This document shows positions 19,987-30,520 of a DNA stretch of 47,813 nucleotides, one piece after another; position 1 is the stretch's first letter; each line of letters opens with the position of its first letter. The notes beneath the pieces are model-generated. The model was not told the origin of the DNA. It made no database searches and saw nothing but the letters and a program-made list of their open reading frames with translations. Source of the DNA: a virus (Duplodnaviria > Caudoviricetes); the IMG/VR virus record IMGVR_UViG_3300016474_000772, positions 1-47,813 of that record, one strand, 5' to 3'. Made by a program: the position numbers and the translations under genes.

Positions 19987-21847
19987 TTACGGCTATTGTA
20001 TTTACTGTTAATCCTAATTCTCTTCCAGATACAGAACTAAAAGAGCTGTCATCAAGTAAAAGTATTTCATTCTTTTGGGCTACTATATCTAGGTAAGAAT
20101 TTTGAGGCGTAACCATTATTCGAACATCAGTTGAATCTCCATAATATCCATCTATATTAAAAGATGGAATTGAAACTGTACCTGTTCCATAATCTATAGT
20201 GCCATATGAAGTGAGTAATACTCGTTCATCTATTGGATTAATTAAACTTAAAGTACCTGTACCATTGTAATTTGGTGCAGTATCATCGGGTGTATCTTTT
20301 AGAACTGCTGGATAATATACATTGTTAATTACAACAGAAAATCTAGTAGATTGTAAAGTTCCGGGCATAATACCTAAATTGTAATTCAAAGCATTAGACC
20401 CTGAAAAATTAGTTGATATGCTTGTGATTGGATCAATTCTTTTCTGTACTTTTAATGCAATTAAATTGCCAACAATTGAAGAATCCGTATTATCTATTAA
20501 TTTCGATAAACGTGAATAGATAAAATCTTGATCAAATTTCTTCAGATTTTCATTAAAGTAAATGTTAATAGTATCCACTACTAAATCTTTTATTTCATCT
20601 GCGGTGAATGTTGTTAAGTTAAAATTATACTTTACATTTACACTTAAATTTATGTAGATAAAATCTGGATCCACATATTCGGGTATTAATGATAACATTC
20701 TTTTGGATTTCAAATATTCTGTAACATTATTCTTCACATTTTCAGATATACTAAATCCAGATGCTGGACTTAAAGAAATCATTACCTTGCCATATTTTTT
20801 TGGCACATTTTCATCTCCTCCCCATACAGATACTGAGTCTACAAGTGCAGGATACAAAGAATCTATAATTGCCTTATAGTCTGCAGATGTAACTGCTCTA
20901 TTTTGAGAAGAGGAAAATTTTGGCGCTCTAAACTTAATTTCATCAATAGCTTCCTTGATAGCCCCATAGTTAGAATTACTTACTGTAGTAATATTAGTAA
21001 TACTTCCTCCAGTTATTGGTTCTGAAGAACTAAAGGTCTGCTCTAATAAATTAGATACATTACATTCAGTGCCAGAACTAATTAAATATTGTACAGTTAC
21101 TAAATTGCCCTGAACTAATTTTTTACCTATTACTCCATCGCCAAATACAATCTGATATCTACCTGTAGGAGATTCTTCCAAAAAGTATACTTTAGATGTG
21201 CCATCTAAGCCCAAACTATCGTCTGCTAAAGTATAAGTAAATGTAGTTGTATCCGCATTAGAATTTTGAACAGTGACAATTAGTGTGGATGTATCTACCT
21301 CGTCGTTGGGTAGTTCATATTTTTCAGCTGGGCCTGGTATGTTAACAATAAAAGTATATTCTAAAGGAATCCCTTCTGTTATTTCTATATTTGTAAATCT
21401 ATAGTTACCATTATCGGAAGCTATAGTTTTTGCTTGCAAATTAACAAAATTATAACTGGTATTATTAATAGTTGTTGTAAAACTAGTATACTTATTCAAA
21501 GTTAAATTAGTTGGACTACCTGTAGGACTCTGTACTTCAAAATTAATGATGGCTCTTGCGCTTCGAACAGATCTAGTAGTATAGCCGAGATGTTTTGCAA
21601 TAGATGCGGCTGAGGATCGTCTAACCGCAGAATCCAAAAACATTTCATTTATCATCATATTGGCTAGATATGCATTATAATGTGTGTTATATGATAATAG
21701 ATCAAGTAAAACAGATAATGCTGATCCTTCAAAATCATAGTCAGTAAATACTAATTCATTATTACTATCTCTGTAATTCTTTAGAAACGTTTTAAGATTA
21801 TTCTTAATCGTATCGAAATCTAATTCTGATACTCTTAAATTAGCCAT
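19979..21847 (-). CDS. gp6: Baseplate wedge subunit
   Basis: LDFDTIKNNLKTFL, DYDFEGSALSVLLDLLSYNTHYNA, FGDGVIGK, QNRAVTSADY, VWGGDEN. Confidence 0.95.
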   Translation of the reverse strand: MANLRVSELDFDTIKNNLKTFLKNYRDSNNELVFTDYDFEGSALSVLLDLLSYNTHYNAYLANMMINEMFLDSAVRRSSAASIAKHLGYTTRSVRSARAIINFEVQSPTGSPTNLTLNKYTSFTTTINNTSYNFVNLQAKTIASDNGNYRFTNIEITEGIPLEYTFIVNIPGPAEKYELPNDEVDTSTLIVTVQNSNADTTTFTYTLADDSLGLDGTSKVYFLEESPTGRYQIVFGDGVIGKKLVQGNLVTVQYLISSGTECNVSNLLEQTFSSSEPITGGSITNITTVSNSNYGAIKEAIDEIKFRAPKFSSSQNRAVTSADYKAIIDSLYPALVDSVSVWGGDENVPKKYGKVMISLSPASGFSISENVKNNVTEYLKSKRMLSLIPEYVDPDFIYINLSVNVKYNFNLTTFTADEIKDLVVDTINIYFNENLKKFDQDFIYSRLSKLIDNTDSSIVGNLIALKVQKRIDPITSISTNFSGSNALNYNLGIMPGTLQSTRFSVVINNVYYPAVLKDTPDDTAPNYNGTGTLSLINPIDERVLLTSYGTIDYGTGTVSIPSFNIDGYYGDSTDVRIMVTPQNSYLDIVAQKNEILLLDDSSFSSVSGRELGLTVNTIAVNA

Positions 21848-22248
21848 TATCTTAATCTACCTATAGTAGTTGTGACTGTAATCGGTAATTCTGTATTTTT
21901 AATAACAAAGTTAATATCTATTTCTAAACTATTAGTGTCACTATTGTCTTTTACATCTACAGATAATAATCTAATTCTCGGTTCAAATCTTTCTAATACA
22001 TTTCGTATAGTTATTTCTGCAGACAATTTAACAGCTGGGCTAAAATTTTCAAACAAAAGACTATGTATAGTACAACCTATTTCTGGATGAAAAGGTCTTT
22101 CGTAGTTTTTAGTTAGAACTAAATTTCGGACTGATGTTTTAATAGCTTCTACATCATATTTTCTATTAACATCTCTTGTAAAAGGATGATAATTGAAAAG
22201 CAAATCTAAATCCGAAAAATTCCTAACCTTTCTATTTGTGGTTGCCAT
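21847..22248 (-). CDS. gp25: Baseplate wedge / sheath initiator
   Basis: FSDLDLLF, AIKTSVRNLVLTKNYERPFHPEIG, RFEPRI. Confidence 0.93.
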   Translation of the reverse strand: MATTNRKVRNFSDLDLLFNYHPFTRDVNRKYDVEAIKTSVRNLVLTKNYERPFHPEIGCTIHSLLFENFSPAVKLSAEITIRNVLERFEPRIRLLSVDVKDNSDTNSLEIDINFVIKNTELPITVTTTIGRLR

Positions 22249-22259
22249 TTAAATATTTA

Positions 22260-24944
22260 TTACGCCAGTTTAACTAGTTGTGATGGATATTTGGCTTGAT
22301 GATTAATGAATGTTGCTATAGGCATATTACTTACCTTACCTGATTTTTCATATGCAACATGTATCCAACATGATAAAGTTTTATTAGATTTTTCGAGATA
22401 TTCTAATAAAATTTGTTTATATGGTAAATTTGATCTCATCCATCTTGCTATATCATAATATTCTGATATAGGGATACCTCTAAACTGTATGTCAGCAGCA
22501 CATCCTATTCCATGATCACTGTTAGAATTTCTAGAATCTATTTGTCTAAATCCACTAGTAATAAACATATTAGGATATTTTGCTTTTACTGGTTCAAGCA
22601 CTACTTCAGCAAGATACTTAAGATTACAACATATCTCTGCTCTTGTTAAATTCCTTTGTGCTCTTAATTCACTTCCCCCTGCCGCTGTTTTAGTTGTCAA
22701 CGCACCCAACGTAAAATTAGTACTTAATCTTAAACTACTTGGGAACGTGCCTCTTTTCTCAAAATCTACGAATTCTTCACAGGGAACTAGTAAAGATCTA
22801 TTTCTACCTTGTACTCCGGATTTTGGCTCATTCACTGCAAAACTTCTTGTTGTAAATTGACTATCAGATTTTTGCACTTTAAAATCTGTATTGGTTATGA
22901 TATCATTTACTAATCGCTCATTTCTAAATTTCAATGCCTCATCTAAATTAGACAAATTCACCTCATCGTATAAGTAATCCTCTTGTACGTTCTTTGGATA
23001 TGGTTTATCTGATTTAGTATTATCACTTGGAGTCAACTTTTGAGGAGGATCAACTGTTGGTAAAATTACATCTCTTATTAATGTGGCACCCATTTTTTGT
23101 TGTATCACTGCAGCATTAAGTTTCATTTCCAAACCACCCTCGACATGAAACTTACTTTCTGCATGCATAAAAATACCGCTTTTAGATTTAGCAGCAATTT
23201 TATCTTTACTAAAAAATGTTACCTCATTTCCTTGCAATTTAACTGGACCTGTTTCACTCAACATATAACTGCCATTTTTTGATACTATATTGACAGTTTC
23301 TCCTATTAGATCTAGTCTGCCCGCTGAACTAATACTTACATCATTATGACCTACTATATTAGTTGTTCCTATTACTTGTATATCCGCATTATTTTTTACG
23401 AGTATTTTACTTGAGCCATCTATAGTAACGTTCTGAGATCCCTTGACATATGTATAACTATTATTATCTACTAATTCAAATTGATCACCTATTACTTTTC
23501 TGACCATAGATCCATTGACATCTACTTCTATAAATGTACCGGATTTATGAAAAATATTTATTCTCTCGTTACCAGGAGTAGAATCGAATTCTAGTATATG
23601 CCCAGCTTCTGTTTCTAATACTTGATTATAAGGATATCTTGCAGCAAAAGGAGAAGGTGGTTCCGACCAAACCTTTTCTGAATTAGCTACACTAACATTA
23701 ACTGATCTATTATTATTTTTAGTATCAATAGAATTATGATCTTCTATACCTCTTGCTAATTTATTAGTATCAGGTTGCCCAGAATATTCGCAAGTTGGAT
23801 ACACAAAGTTAGGATCTCTAAATCCTTTTTGTACGTTGAATTGTAAATTATTTTCTGTAGTTGATTCTTCTCTAGTAGGAACTTCTTCGGTTGGAGTATC
23901 TGCTCTACCATTAACAGAATTGTTTCCGATAGTAAAGTATTCAGATCCCTTAGTGCCGAAATCGTCTGCACCATCACTTCCCTTTGATAGCTTTATTGCC
24001 CCGCCTGCTCCTAATAGATGAGCAGCTGCTAGATACCCTGCAGTTTCTCCGGGACTTCCGCTAGATTGAATAACTTGTCTATTTTTAAGTACATTATAAT
24101 TAAATTTCAAATTCTCAAACATTATTTTTTCTTGTACTTCAGGGCTATTGAAGTAATTATCCAAACTCTTCAATCCATTTTTACCAAGCCAATTGCTTGA
24201 ATCGAGTAAAGCACTATTTACATTATTTCCCTTACCTAGATTCTTTACGTAGTTTAATGTTACTAAAGTTTCATACCCAATTTGATATTTACCTACAAAT
24301 CCGGGATTAGTATTAAATTCAGATTTTTTCTTATTGTAAGCACCATAGTATTGGCCTTTATCGGTCCTAGTTCTTATTTCTTCATAACTAAGTTTTGTAG
24401 TTACTACATTACCACCAGGAGTAGAAGATGATTCTCGTCTACCAATAGAATCCATTAATGATTTTACTTGATCAGCATTTAATGGGGGCAAAGATGATGT
24501 AATATAATCTCTAGTCGCTGGACTAGTATTAGTTTGCTCGCCTACTTGAATTGGATTACCTGAACCATCTCTAACTATTTCACCTGACGAATCCTTTAAA
24601 TAATTGTCCTGTTCACTTTCTTTAAGTAAACTTGCACATAAAGGATTATTACTTTGTATCCCAGCCAATGTACCAAGCATGACTGGTTGTTGCATGTCAT
24701 CGCCATCCATAAACCAACCCATCACCCAAGTGCCCTCAAGTGGTCCGATAGGAGTGGTACCCTTACCTGATATGGCGGCAGAAGTGATTGGTTGAAGCGG
24801 AATAGCCCATGGTAAATCTTTAGTTGGTAGTATAGTTAGATCGTCATTATGAATACCAAAGATTCTAACTCTGCAGCGACCTAGTAGGAGAGGATCATTT
24901 CTATCCTCCACCACCCCAACCCAAAAATTAGTTTTAGTAGACAC
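22260..24944 (-). CDS. gp5: Baseplate hub spike gp5: OB-fold, lysozyme-like domain, beta-helix and C-terminal peptidase M15
   Basis: GVVEDRNDPLLLGRCRVRIFG; GKYQIG...AAAHLLGAGGA; YPYNQVLETEAGHILEFDSTPGNERI; ITSGFR...SDHGIGCAADI...WIHV. Confidence 0.9.
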   Translation of the reverse strand: MSTKTNFWVGVVEDRNDPLLLGRCRVRIFGIHNDDLTILPTKDLPWAIPLQPITSAAISGKGTTPIGPLEGTWVMGWFMDGDDMQQPVMLGTLAGIQSNNPLCASLLKESEQDNYLKDSSGEIVRDGSGNPIQVGEQTNTSPATRDYITSSLPPLNADQVKSLMDSIGRRESSSTPGGNVVTTKLSYEEIRTRTDKGQYYGAYNKKKSEFNTNPGFVGKYQIGYETLVTLNYVKNLGKGNNVNSALLDSSNWLGKNGLKSLDNYFNSPEVQEKIMFENLKFNYNVLKNRQVIQSSGSPGETAGYLAAAHLLGAGGAIKLSKGSDGADDFGTKGSEYFTIGNNSVNGRADTPTEEVPTREESTTENNLQFNVQKGFRDPNFVYPTCEYSGQPDTNKLARGIEDHNSIDTKNNNRSVNVSVANSEKVWSEPPSPFAARYPYNQVLETEAGHILEFDSTPGNERINIFHKSGTFIEVDVNGSMVRKVIGDQFELVDNNSYTYVKGSQNVTIDGSSKILVKNNADIQVIGTTNIVGHNDVSISSAGRLDLIGETVNIVSKNGSYMLSETGPVKLQGNEVTFFSKDKIAAKSKSGIFMHAESKFHVEGGLEMKLNAAVIQQKMGATLIRDVILPTVDPPQKLTPSDNTKSDKPYPKNVQEDYLYDEVNLSNLDEALKFRNERLVNDIITNTDFKVQKSDSQFTTRSFAVNEPKSGVQGRNRSLLVPCEEFVDFEKRGTFPSSLRLSTNFTLGALTTKTAAGGSELRAQRNLTRAEICCNLKYLAEVVLEPVKAKYPNMFITSGFRQIDSRNSNSDHGIGCAADIQFRGIPISEYYDIARWMRSNLPYKQILLEYLEKSNKTLSCWIHVAYEKSGKVSNMPIATFINHQAKYPSQLVKLA

Positions 24945-26304
24945 TTACTTCACCCACAAATGAATCTTTTATAACTTCCATAATCATAAAATGCCGAACC
25001 TCGTTATTCATACTACTTATCTTATGTCTTATTTTGGTTATTAAATATTTGCCAGATAAAATTTCATCTTGTTTATTGCTAGTTAAATCGTTTTCATCTA
25101 CAGGAGATGTATCAGGTAAAACCAAATCCAATATAGACCCAACTTCTACATTTGTCCTTCCAGGGACTGTAATCTCAAATGTCAAATATCTTAGATTGTT
25201 TACTGTAGAAATTCTATTGCTATAGATTTCCTTCATTTTTTCATTAACATTATCCGAAATATTACTAAATAATCCTTTTTGCACTGGGTATACTTTAGTA
25301 ACTAGATACGGATTATAACTATCCTTTGGTATAAGTGGTAAAGGATCAAACAATTCACTAACACTATGCTTTTGTTTAACAAACTCTTGAGAATAGATAT
25401 AAAGATTTTCTCTATATTCTTTTTTCATTATATCTAACTCTATTAGTCTACTTCCAGCATGTCCGTTCATAATTGATTCTAATGTATCAAATGATCTAGC
25501 AGACGTGATTTTTTCTATATGGAACATCTTTATATTTACGTCATCATTACTGATTGAGCCTGGAGGAAAATATCTATAAGTGCCGATGCTATAAACTTCT
25601 GATGCGTTTCCTATTTCAAATATCTTTTCTATAGAACCAAAATAGAATTTTTTATTAGATTCCCAGAAAAAATAACTGCAAGAAGATTTTTCTCCAGAAA
25701 GAGACTTCGATGCTAACCAATTAAGACATTTAGTGGGCGTCCAGCCCGGACTAATGAATTTAACAGAATTAGTTGGTTCTTCTATAATAACTAGTTCTGT
25801 TTTTTCAGAATCTTCTAATAAAGAAATACTACCTTCATTATCTTGATTGACGAACAAATTTCTAGACACTGCTAATTCATTTTCATATATATCCGAAACT
25901 ATATCTGCTATAGTTCCTTCATATGGTTTGTGTAAATTATTTAAAACATCATTTATACCTTCAATTGAAATAAAATTTAAAGTATAAACTTGTGTGGCTT
26001 GGTCTACTATAATTCTATTACTTACAGAATAAATCTTAAATGTTTTTTGTATAGAATCTACGTGTTCAAACCCCGGAGTTCTAATTTTCATTACTAAAAA
26101 TTCGTCACCTAAAATTCCAAGTTCTTTGAAAAGATTTAGATTATCTGTTATTACAAGAGATCCAGATAATGTTGGATTGTAAATGCTTTCATAAAGGTTA
26201 ATTTCTCTGGCAAATGATCTAACGTCAGAAAATTTTCCTGTTGATGATACTATATAAAGTTGCTCAACAAATACGTCACCGGCTTTTTCAATAGTTTCAG
26301 ACAT
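24934..26304 (-). CDS. Probable baseplate hub protein (gp27-like)
   Basis: Lies between gp53 and gp5; INLYESIY..LSGSLVITD, YFFWES, VPGRTNVEVG, SGKYLITKIRH motifs fit hub/tail-tip proteins. Confidence 0.65.
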   Translation of the reverse strand: MSETIEKAGDVFVEQLYIVSSTGKFSDVRSFAREINLYESIYNPTLSGSLVITDNLNLFKELGILGDEFLVMKIRTPGFEHVDSIQKTFKIYSVSNRIIVDQATQVYTLNFISIEGINDVLNNLHKPYEGTIADIVSDIYENELAVSRNLFVNQDNEGSISLLEDSEKTELVIIEEPTNSVKFISPGWTPTKCLNWLASKSLSGEKSSCSYFFWESNKKFYFGSIEKIFEIGNASEVYSIGTYRYFPPGSISNDDVNIKMFHIEKITSARSFDTLESIMNGHAGSRLIELDIMKKEYRENLYIYSQEFVKQKHSVSELFDPLPLIPKDSYNPYLVTKVYPVQKGLFSNISDNVNEKMKEIYSNRISTVNNLRYLTFEITVPGRTNVEVGSILDLVLPDTSPVDENDLTSNKQDEILSGKYLITKIRHKISSMNNEVRHFMIMEVIKDSFVGEVSVY

Positions 26305-26891
26305 TACTTAACTATTTGATCTGCAAATTGATTGACTACAAATGAAACTGCCTCTGGTTTCAGTAATTTTATTCTTCTCTTAGATTCATTGATAGCTGTT
26401 TCATATTCAAGTCTAGATACAGGATAAATTGTAAAAGGGGGTGTACGAAGTAATAAACTTGAACCATCCTCGTAAACTATATAAGTTTCTCTTCCTGGAG
26501 TTCTGACTGATTTTTCATCTAATGTTCTATAACCGTTTACTACGAAATCTGCTTGATTGGTATATAACTTAACTTTGTATATTTCATCCTCGCCACCATA
26601 CTTATCAACTACATGTTTGAATAAGGCTTCTTGGGTTAAAGGCCAATCATATCTTGGATCTAGTACATCATTCATATGAAGTATAATCCAGTGATATAAG
26701 GGTGTACCATAAAAAATATCCGATAGAATCTCCGGAGTCTCTCCCTCCTGTACATCATACGGATCATACATTGAATTATTATTTTTATATTCGTCAAGGA
26801 TGTTTATTCTTCTAGTTATATCTGGTATAACTTGAATACTCGCACCATCATTTAAAGTATAATAAACTCTTGGAAACATAGAAAAATACAT
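26304..26891 (-). CDS. gp53: Baseplate wedge protein
   Basis: MYFSMFP, LysM-like YDVQEGETPEILSDIFYG..LYHWIIL, DWPL, YETAINESKRRIKLLKP. Confidence 0.9.
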   Translation of the reverse strand: MYFSMFPRVYYTLNDGASIQVIPDITRRINILDEYKNNNSMYDPYDVQEGETPEILSDIFYGTPLYHWIILHMNDVLDPRYDWPLTQEALFKHVVDKYGGEDEIYKVKLYTNQADFVVNGYRTLDEKSVRTPGRETYIVYEDGSSLLLRTPPFTIYPVSRLEYETAINESKRRIKLLKPEAVSFVVNQFADQIVK

Positions 26892-26892
26892 T

Positions 26893-28113
26893 TTAGTATC
26901 CTATTCTCATCTCTTTCTTAGTTAATAGGTCTGTTTCTCTAAATGTTAGTGTTAAATTAATTTGTGTCGGGGCACCATTATCAAATGTTGAAAAGGTATC
27001 GCCTCCATATTCTACTGCCATATCAGTTAAAACGCAAGGAGCGATTTTATGAACATAAGTATTTTCTCTAGCCACACCTGAACTATCAGTGTAGTAATAA
27101 ACTATATCAAAGGTGGAAGGATACAAATAGAAAAATCCGCCTTTAGCCAACTCCGGGTGCATATGTTCTTTGAAAATATTAATGATATTTCTAACATTAT
27201 TAGTTTCATTTAAAGATTTAGGGAAGAATCTATATTTAAAACTAAATGTCCTATAATCAATAGATTCAAAAAGAGCTTCTCTGTATGGATTTAATTTTGC
27301 TCCTGCGGCAAATCCTGCTAAATCTGCTATGGTTGCTCCACCTAAACTACCTGGTACTTTAAGATTTTGTGCTAGCGAAAGAGCTAATGCTTCTGCCCCT
27401 CTTTTAACTTTACTAAAAGTATCAGCTGTGGAGCCAAGAGAAGATGCCAGGCCTGCAAGAATGCCAAAATCTTTGTCCGTATAGTTTACACCGTATTTTA
27501 CTGTAGGTCTATCTTCTACGTGCAAAGCTACAGCGTTTTTAAGTCGTAAAAAATTATATGCTTTTAGTTCTGGCAATAATGGATTGTCTTTAAGAACTTT
27601 GGCATTTTGTATGAATTCAGCGGCTGCGCCAGCTGCTGCTACACCAGCAGCAGCAGCGGAAACCACAGAAGTTAGTTTGTATCCTGCAGCTGCTGCTGTT
27701 GAAAGTTTACCGGCTGCTACTCTACTAGCTGTTCTTTTAGACGCCCATCTTAGAGCTGCTAGCCCTGATACGGCGCCTGCTGTAATAGCAGCTCCCCAAA
27801 CAGCTCCGGCACTAAGGGCTTGCGAAGCCTGTTGATTTGTTAATCCTGTTCCTATTCTATTAACTACTACCCCATTAGTAGCGTCACTTGGTAAAGTGTC
27901 ATATTTAAATCTAGAAACAGATTTATCTCTAACATTAATATAGAAACCGACGAAATGTCTAAGATCAGGTTTGCTACCTACGCCTTCGGGATATTCAAAA
28001 TGCTTTACATCATACAAATTTTTGCTATAGGCTCTGGCTCTTTCTTGATTGTACTTTTCTAGTTCGGCTTCTCTAGTGGCTTCAGTGAATTCTCTATCGT
28101 TTTGGGATGCCAT
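26893..28113 (-). CDS. gp48: Baseplate tail-tube cap
   Basis: NPYREALFESIDYRTFSFKYRFFPKS..E, CVLTDMAVEY, GAPTQINLTLTFRETDLLTK. Confidence 0.85.
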   Translation of the reverse strand: MASQNDREFTEATREAELEKYNQERARAYSKNLYDVKHFEYPEGVGSKPDLRHFVGFYINVRDKSVSRFKYDTLPSDATNGVVVNRIGTGLTNQQASQALSAGAVWGAAITAGAVSGLAALRWASKRTASRVAAGKLSTAAAAGYKLTSVVSAAAAGVAAAGAAAEFIQNAKVLKDNPLLPELKAYNFLRLKNAVALHVEDRPTVKYGVNYTDKDFGILAGLASSLGSTADTFSKVKRGAEALALSLAQNLKVPGSLGGATIADLAGFAAGAKLNPYREALFESIDYRTFSFKYRFFPKSLNETNNVRNIINIFKEHMHPELAKGGFFYLYPSTFDIVYYYTDSSGVARENTYVHKIAPCVLTDMAVEYGGDTFSTFDNGAPTQINLTLTFRETDLLTKKEMRIGY

Positions 28114-28119
28114 TTTGCC

Positions 28120-28154
28120 TATAAATAATAGATTAAAGGATATTTATATTTATA
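28120..28154. promoter_or_regulatory. Face-to-face late promoters between divergent genes: TATAAATA on + (28120-28127) and twice on - (28141-28148, 28147-28154)
   Basis: Perfect T4 late consensus in the 46-bp gap between gp48 and gp4. Confidence 0.8.
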
Positions 28155-28159
28155 TCAAA

Positions 28160-28618
28160 ATGTATCGGAAAACCTACAAAGGATTGTATAGACCAGTAAA
28201 CCCGAGTAAATATCGAGGGGATATTACTAATGTCGTGTATAGATCTCTTTGGGAACTCAGATTTATGAAATGGTGTGATGGGAACAGCTCAATTCTAGAG
28301 TGGGGTTCTGAGATAGTAATTATACCTTATATTTCCCCTGTAGATAAGAAAGTGCATAGATATTTCGTTGATTTTTATATGAAAGTAAAAAATGCTGATG
28401 GTAAAACACAGAAATATCTTATAGAAATAAAACCAGAAAAATTTACTAAACCACCAGAAATACCTGCTAAGAAGACCAAAAAATTTATAGACGAAGTGTT
28501 TCAATACGGTGTAAATCAAGCTAAATGGAAAGCAGCCTTTGAATTTTGCGAAGATCGTAAAATGAAATTTATGATTTTAACCGAAAAAGATTTAGGAATC
28601 AAAACTACTAATGGCTGA
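28160..28618 (+). CDS. gp4: Head completion nuclease
   Basis: YKGLYRPVNPSKYRGD...YRSLWE...WGSE...HRYFVDF...IEIKP...NQAKWKAA. Start moved from 28049 to the ATG at 28160, because the upstream extension overlaps gp48 and the promoters. Confidence 0.92.
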   Translation: MYRKTYKGLYRPVNPSKYRGDITNVVYRSLWELRFMKWCDGNSSILEWGSEIVIIPYISPVDKKVHRYFVDFYMKVKNADGKTQKYLIEIKPEKFTKPPEIPAKKTKKFIDEVFQYGVNQAKWKAAFEFCEDRKMKFMILTEKDLGIKTTNG

Positions 28619-29174
28619 ATCTATATTCAACGATATAAGACTAAAAGCAGGGGATGCAGAAAGATCCTATCGTTGGTTTCAAAATCAAGTTAGAAATTTA
28701 GCTACTGCTACTACAAGTAGAAGTTTGATGTCTAATACGCAGCAGCTTGCTAACACTATTATGCCTGGCGAAATGTATTTATTTTTCTATGATCCAAAGC
28801 ATAAAGAAACATTACCTTACTACGATAAATTTCCATTAGTTCTGCCCTTTAGAGAAGTAAAAGATGGATTCTATGGAATTAATCTGCACTATATGCCCTA
28901 TATGATGAGATTCAAGTTACTTAAAGCGTTGTCTGATCTCACAACTGATGATAAGTTAGATAACAAAACTAAAATAACTATTTCATGGAAAATACTTCAA
29001 AGATTTTCTAGTATAGCACCATTAAAAAATATAGTTAAACACTATCTATATAATCATGTGCAAAGCAGATTCCTTAAAATAGGTTATCCCGATTGGCTAA
29101 CTGCTTCACAGCTACCTATAGAAATGTTTGAAAAAGCCAACAAAACTAAAGTCTGGAACGATACTAGAAGATAA
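28611..29174 (+). CDS. gp2: DNA end protector protein
   Basis: PGEMYLFFYDPKHKETLPYYDKFPLV...GINLHY...KHYL..HVQS. Confidence 0.92.
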   Translation: MAESIFNDIRLKAGDAERSYRWFQNQVRNLATATTSRSLMSNTQQLANTIMPGEMYLFFYDPKHKETLPYYDKFPLVLPFREVKDGFYGINLHYMPYMMRFKLLKALSDLTTDDKLDNKTKITISWKILQRFSSIAPLKNIVKHYLYNHVQSRFLKIGYPDWLTASQLPIEMFEKANKTKVWNDTRR

Positions 29175-29176
29175 AG

Positions 29177-29815
29177 ATGGCAAAAGCAACATTTAATTTA
29201 CAACAATTTAAATCTGAAGTTCTATCTAAAGGTGTGGCTAGAACTAACCGATTTGAAGTTTTTATACCTTTACCTAATTGTCTAAGACAAAATCTTGGCG
29301 ATGTGTCTGTAGAAAGTACTCGTTTAGTTAATTTGTTTTGCGAAAATGCTATTATACCTCAGTTGAATATAGGTATAGTACCACAAAGAATTTACGGGCC
29401 CAATTATCAAAATCCAGTTTCTGTAGATTACGGTGGCGAAAGTATTACCTTATCTTTTTTAGTCGATAGAAGTATGAGAGTAAAAAACTTCTTTGATAAA
29501 TGGATGAGAGGTATAGTTGATCCAAATACTTATAATCTTACTTATCAAAAAGATACCAGTAAAGGTTATACTGTAGAGATGATGATTAATCAGTTGGATG
29601 AACAAGATAATATTACGTATTCAATTAAACTAGAGGATGCGTTTCCAAGAAATATTGGACTAATGGACTTGAATATGGCATCTCAAAATACTCCACATAA
29701 ATTAAACGTGACATTTGCTTATAGAAGATGGAAATATGCTACAGAAATAAGTAATAGAACAATTAGCATTGCTAATGCAGCAGAAAGAGCAATAGACTTG
29801 GGAATAGCAACATAA
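29177..29815 (+). CDS. Tail-tube-fold baseplate protein (gp54-like)
   Basis: GVARTNRFEV, FDKWM, LEDAFP, LNVTFAYRRW: the tail tube/gp54 family pattern. Confidence 0.72.
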   Translation: MAKATFNLQQFKSEVLSKGVARTNRFEVFIPLPNCLRQNLGDVSVESTRLVNLFCENAIIPQLNIGIVPQRIYGPNYQNPVSVDYGGESITLSFLVDRSMRVKNFFDKWMRGIVDPNTYNLTYQKDTSKGYTVEMMINQLDEQDNITYSIKLEDAFPRNIGLMDLNMASQNTPHKLNVTFAYRRWKYATEISNRTISIANAAERAIDLGIAT

Positions 29816-29824
29816 GGGGAATTT

Positions 29825-30520
29825 ATGTCATTGCCTACATTAAATACGCCAACGTATGAATTGATTTTACCTTCAAGTAATAAAAAGATCAAGTATCGAC
29901 CGTTTTTAGTTAAAGAATTTAAAATACTATTAACAGCATTAGAATCTGAAGAGGATGAGATTACTAGAGTGCTACTAGAACTTATTGATAGTTGCACATT
30001 TAATAAATTAGATTTAAATGTTCTTGCCAATTTTGATATAGAATATATTTTCATAAACCTAAGAGCTAAGTCAATAGGTGAAACTACAGATTTAGTTTAT
30101 AAGTGTTCTTGTGAACATGAAAATAAAGTGCAATTAAATCTGTTGGATTTAAAAGTAACTAAACCAGATAATTTTACAAATAGAATAATGGTAACCGACG
30201 ATGTTGGTGTAATTATGCGATATCCGAAGTTTAATGAGATGATGGATATTTATTCTAATCTTAATTCTGATAAAGTTATTGAATTAATATCCAATTGTAT
30301 TCAAACTATTTTTACTCAAGACGAGATGTTCAATACTAAAGAATATAAGAAAGAAGAATTGATTAGCTTTGTAGAGACATTCAACAAAAGTCAATTCGAA
30401 AAATTAGAAAGTTTCTTTGTAAACATGCCAAGGCTAATACACAACATGCAAAGCATTTGCGAAAATTGTGGTAAGGAAAATGATATAGTTTTGGAGGGTC
30501 TACAAAATTTTTTCGTCTAA
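29825..30520 (+). CDS. gp26: Baseplate hub assembly chaperone (gp26-like)
   Basis: LPTLNTPTYELILPS...YRPFLVKE, FDIEYIFINLRAKSIGE, CxC/CxxC pairs, ending LEGLQNFF. Confidence 0.88.
   Translation: MSLPTLNTPTYELILPSSNKKIKYRPFLVKEFKILLTALESEEDEITRVLLELIDSCTFNKLDLNVLANFDIEYIFINLRAKSIGETTDLVYKCSCEHENKVQLNLLDLKVTKPDNFTNRIMVTDDVGVIMRYPKFNEMMDIYSNLNSDKVIELISNCIQTIFTQDEMFNTKEYKKEELISFVETFNKSQFEKLESFFVNMPRLIHNMQSICENCGKENDIVLEGLQNFFV

Noticed and set aside
28049-28159. N-terminal extensions in the ORF track (gp4 here; likewise gp33 and ahpC)
   Set aside because: They overlap neighbouring genes or promoters; family similarity starts at the downstream ATG.
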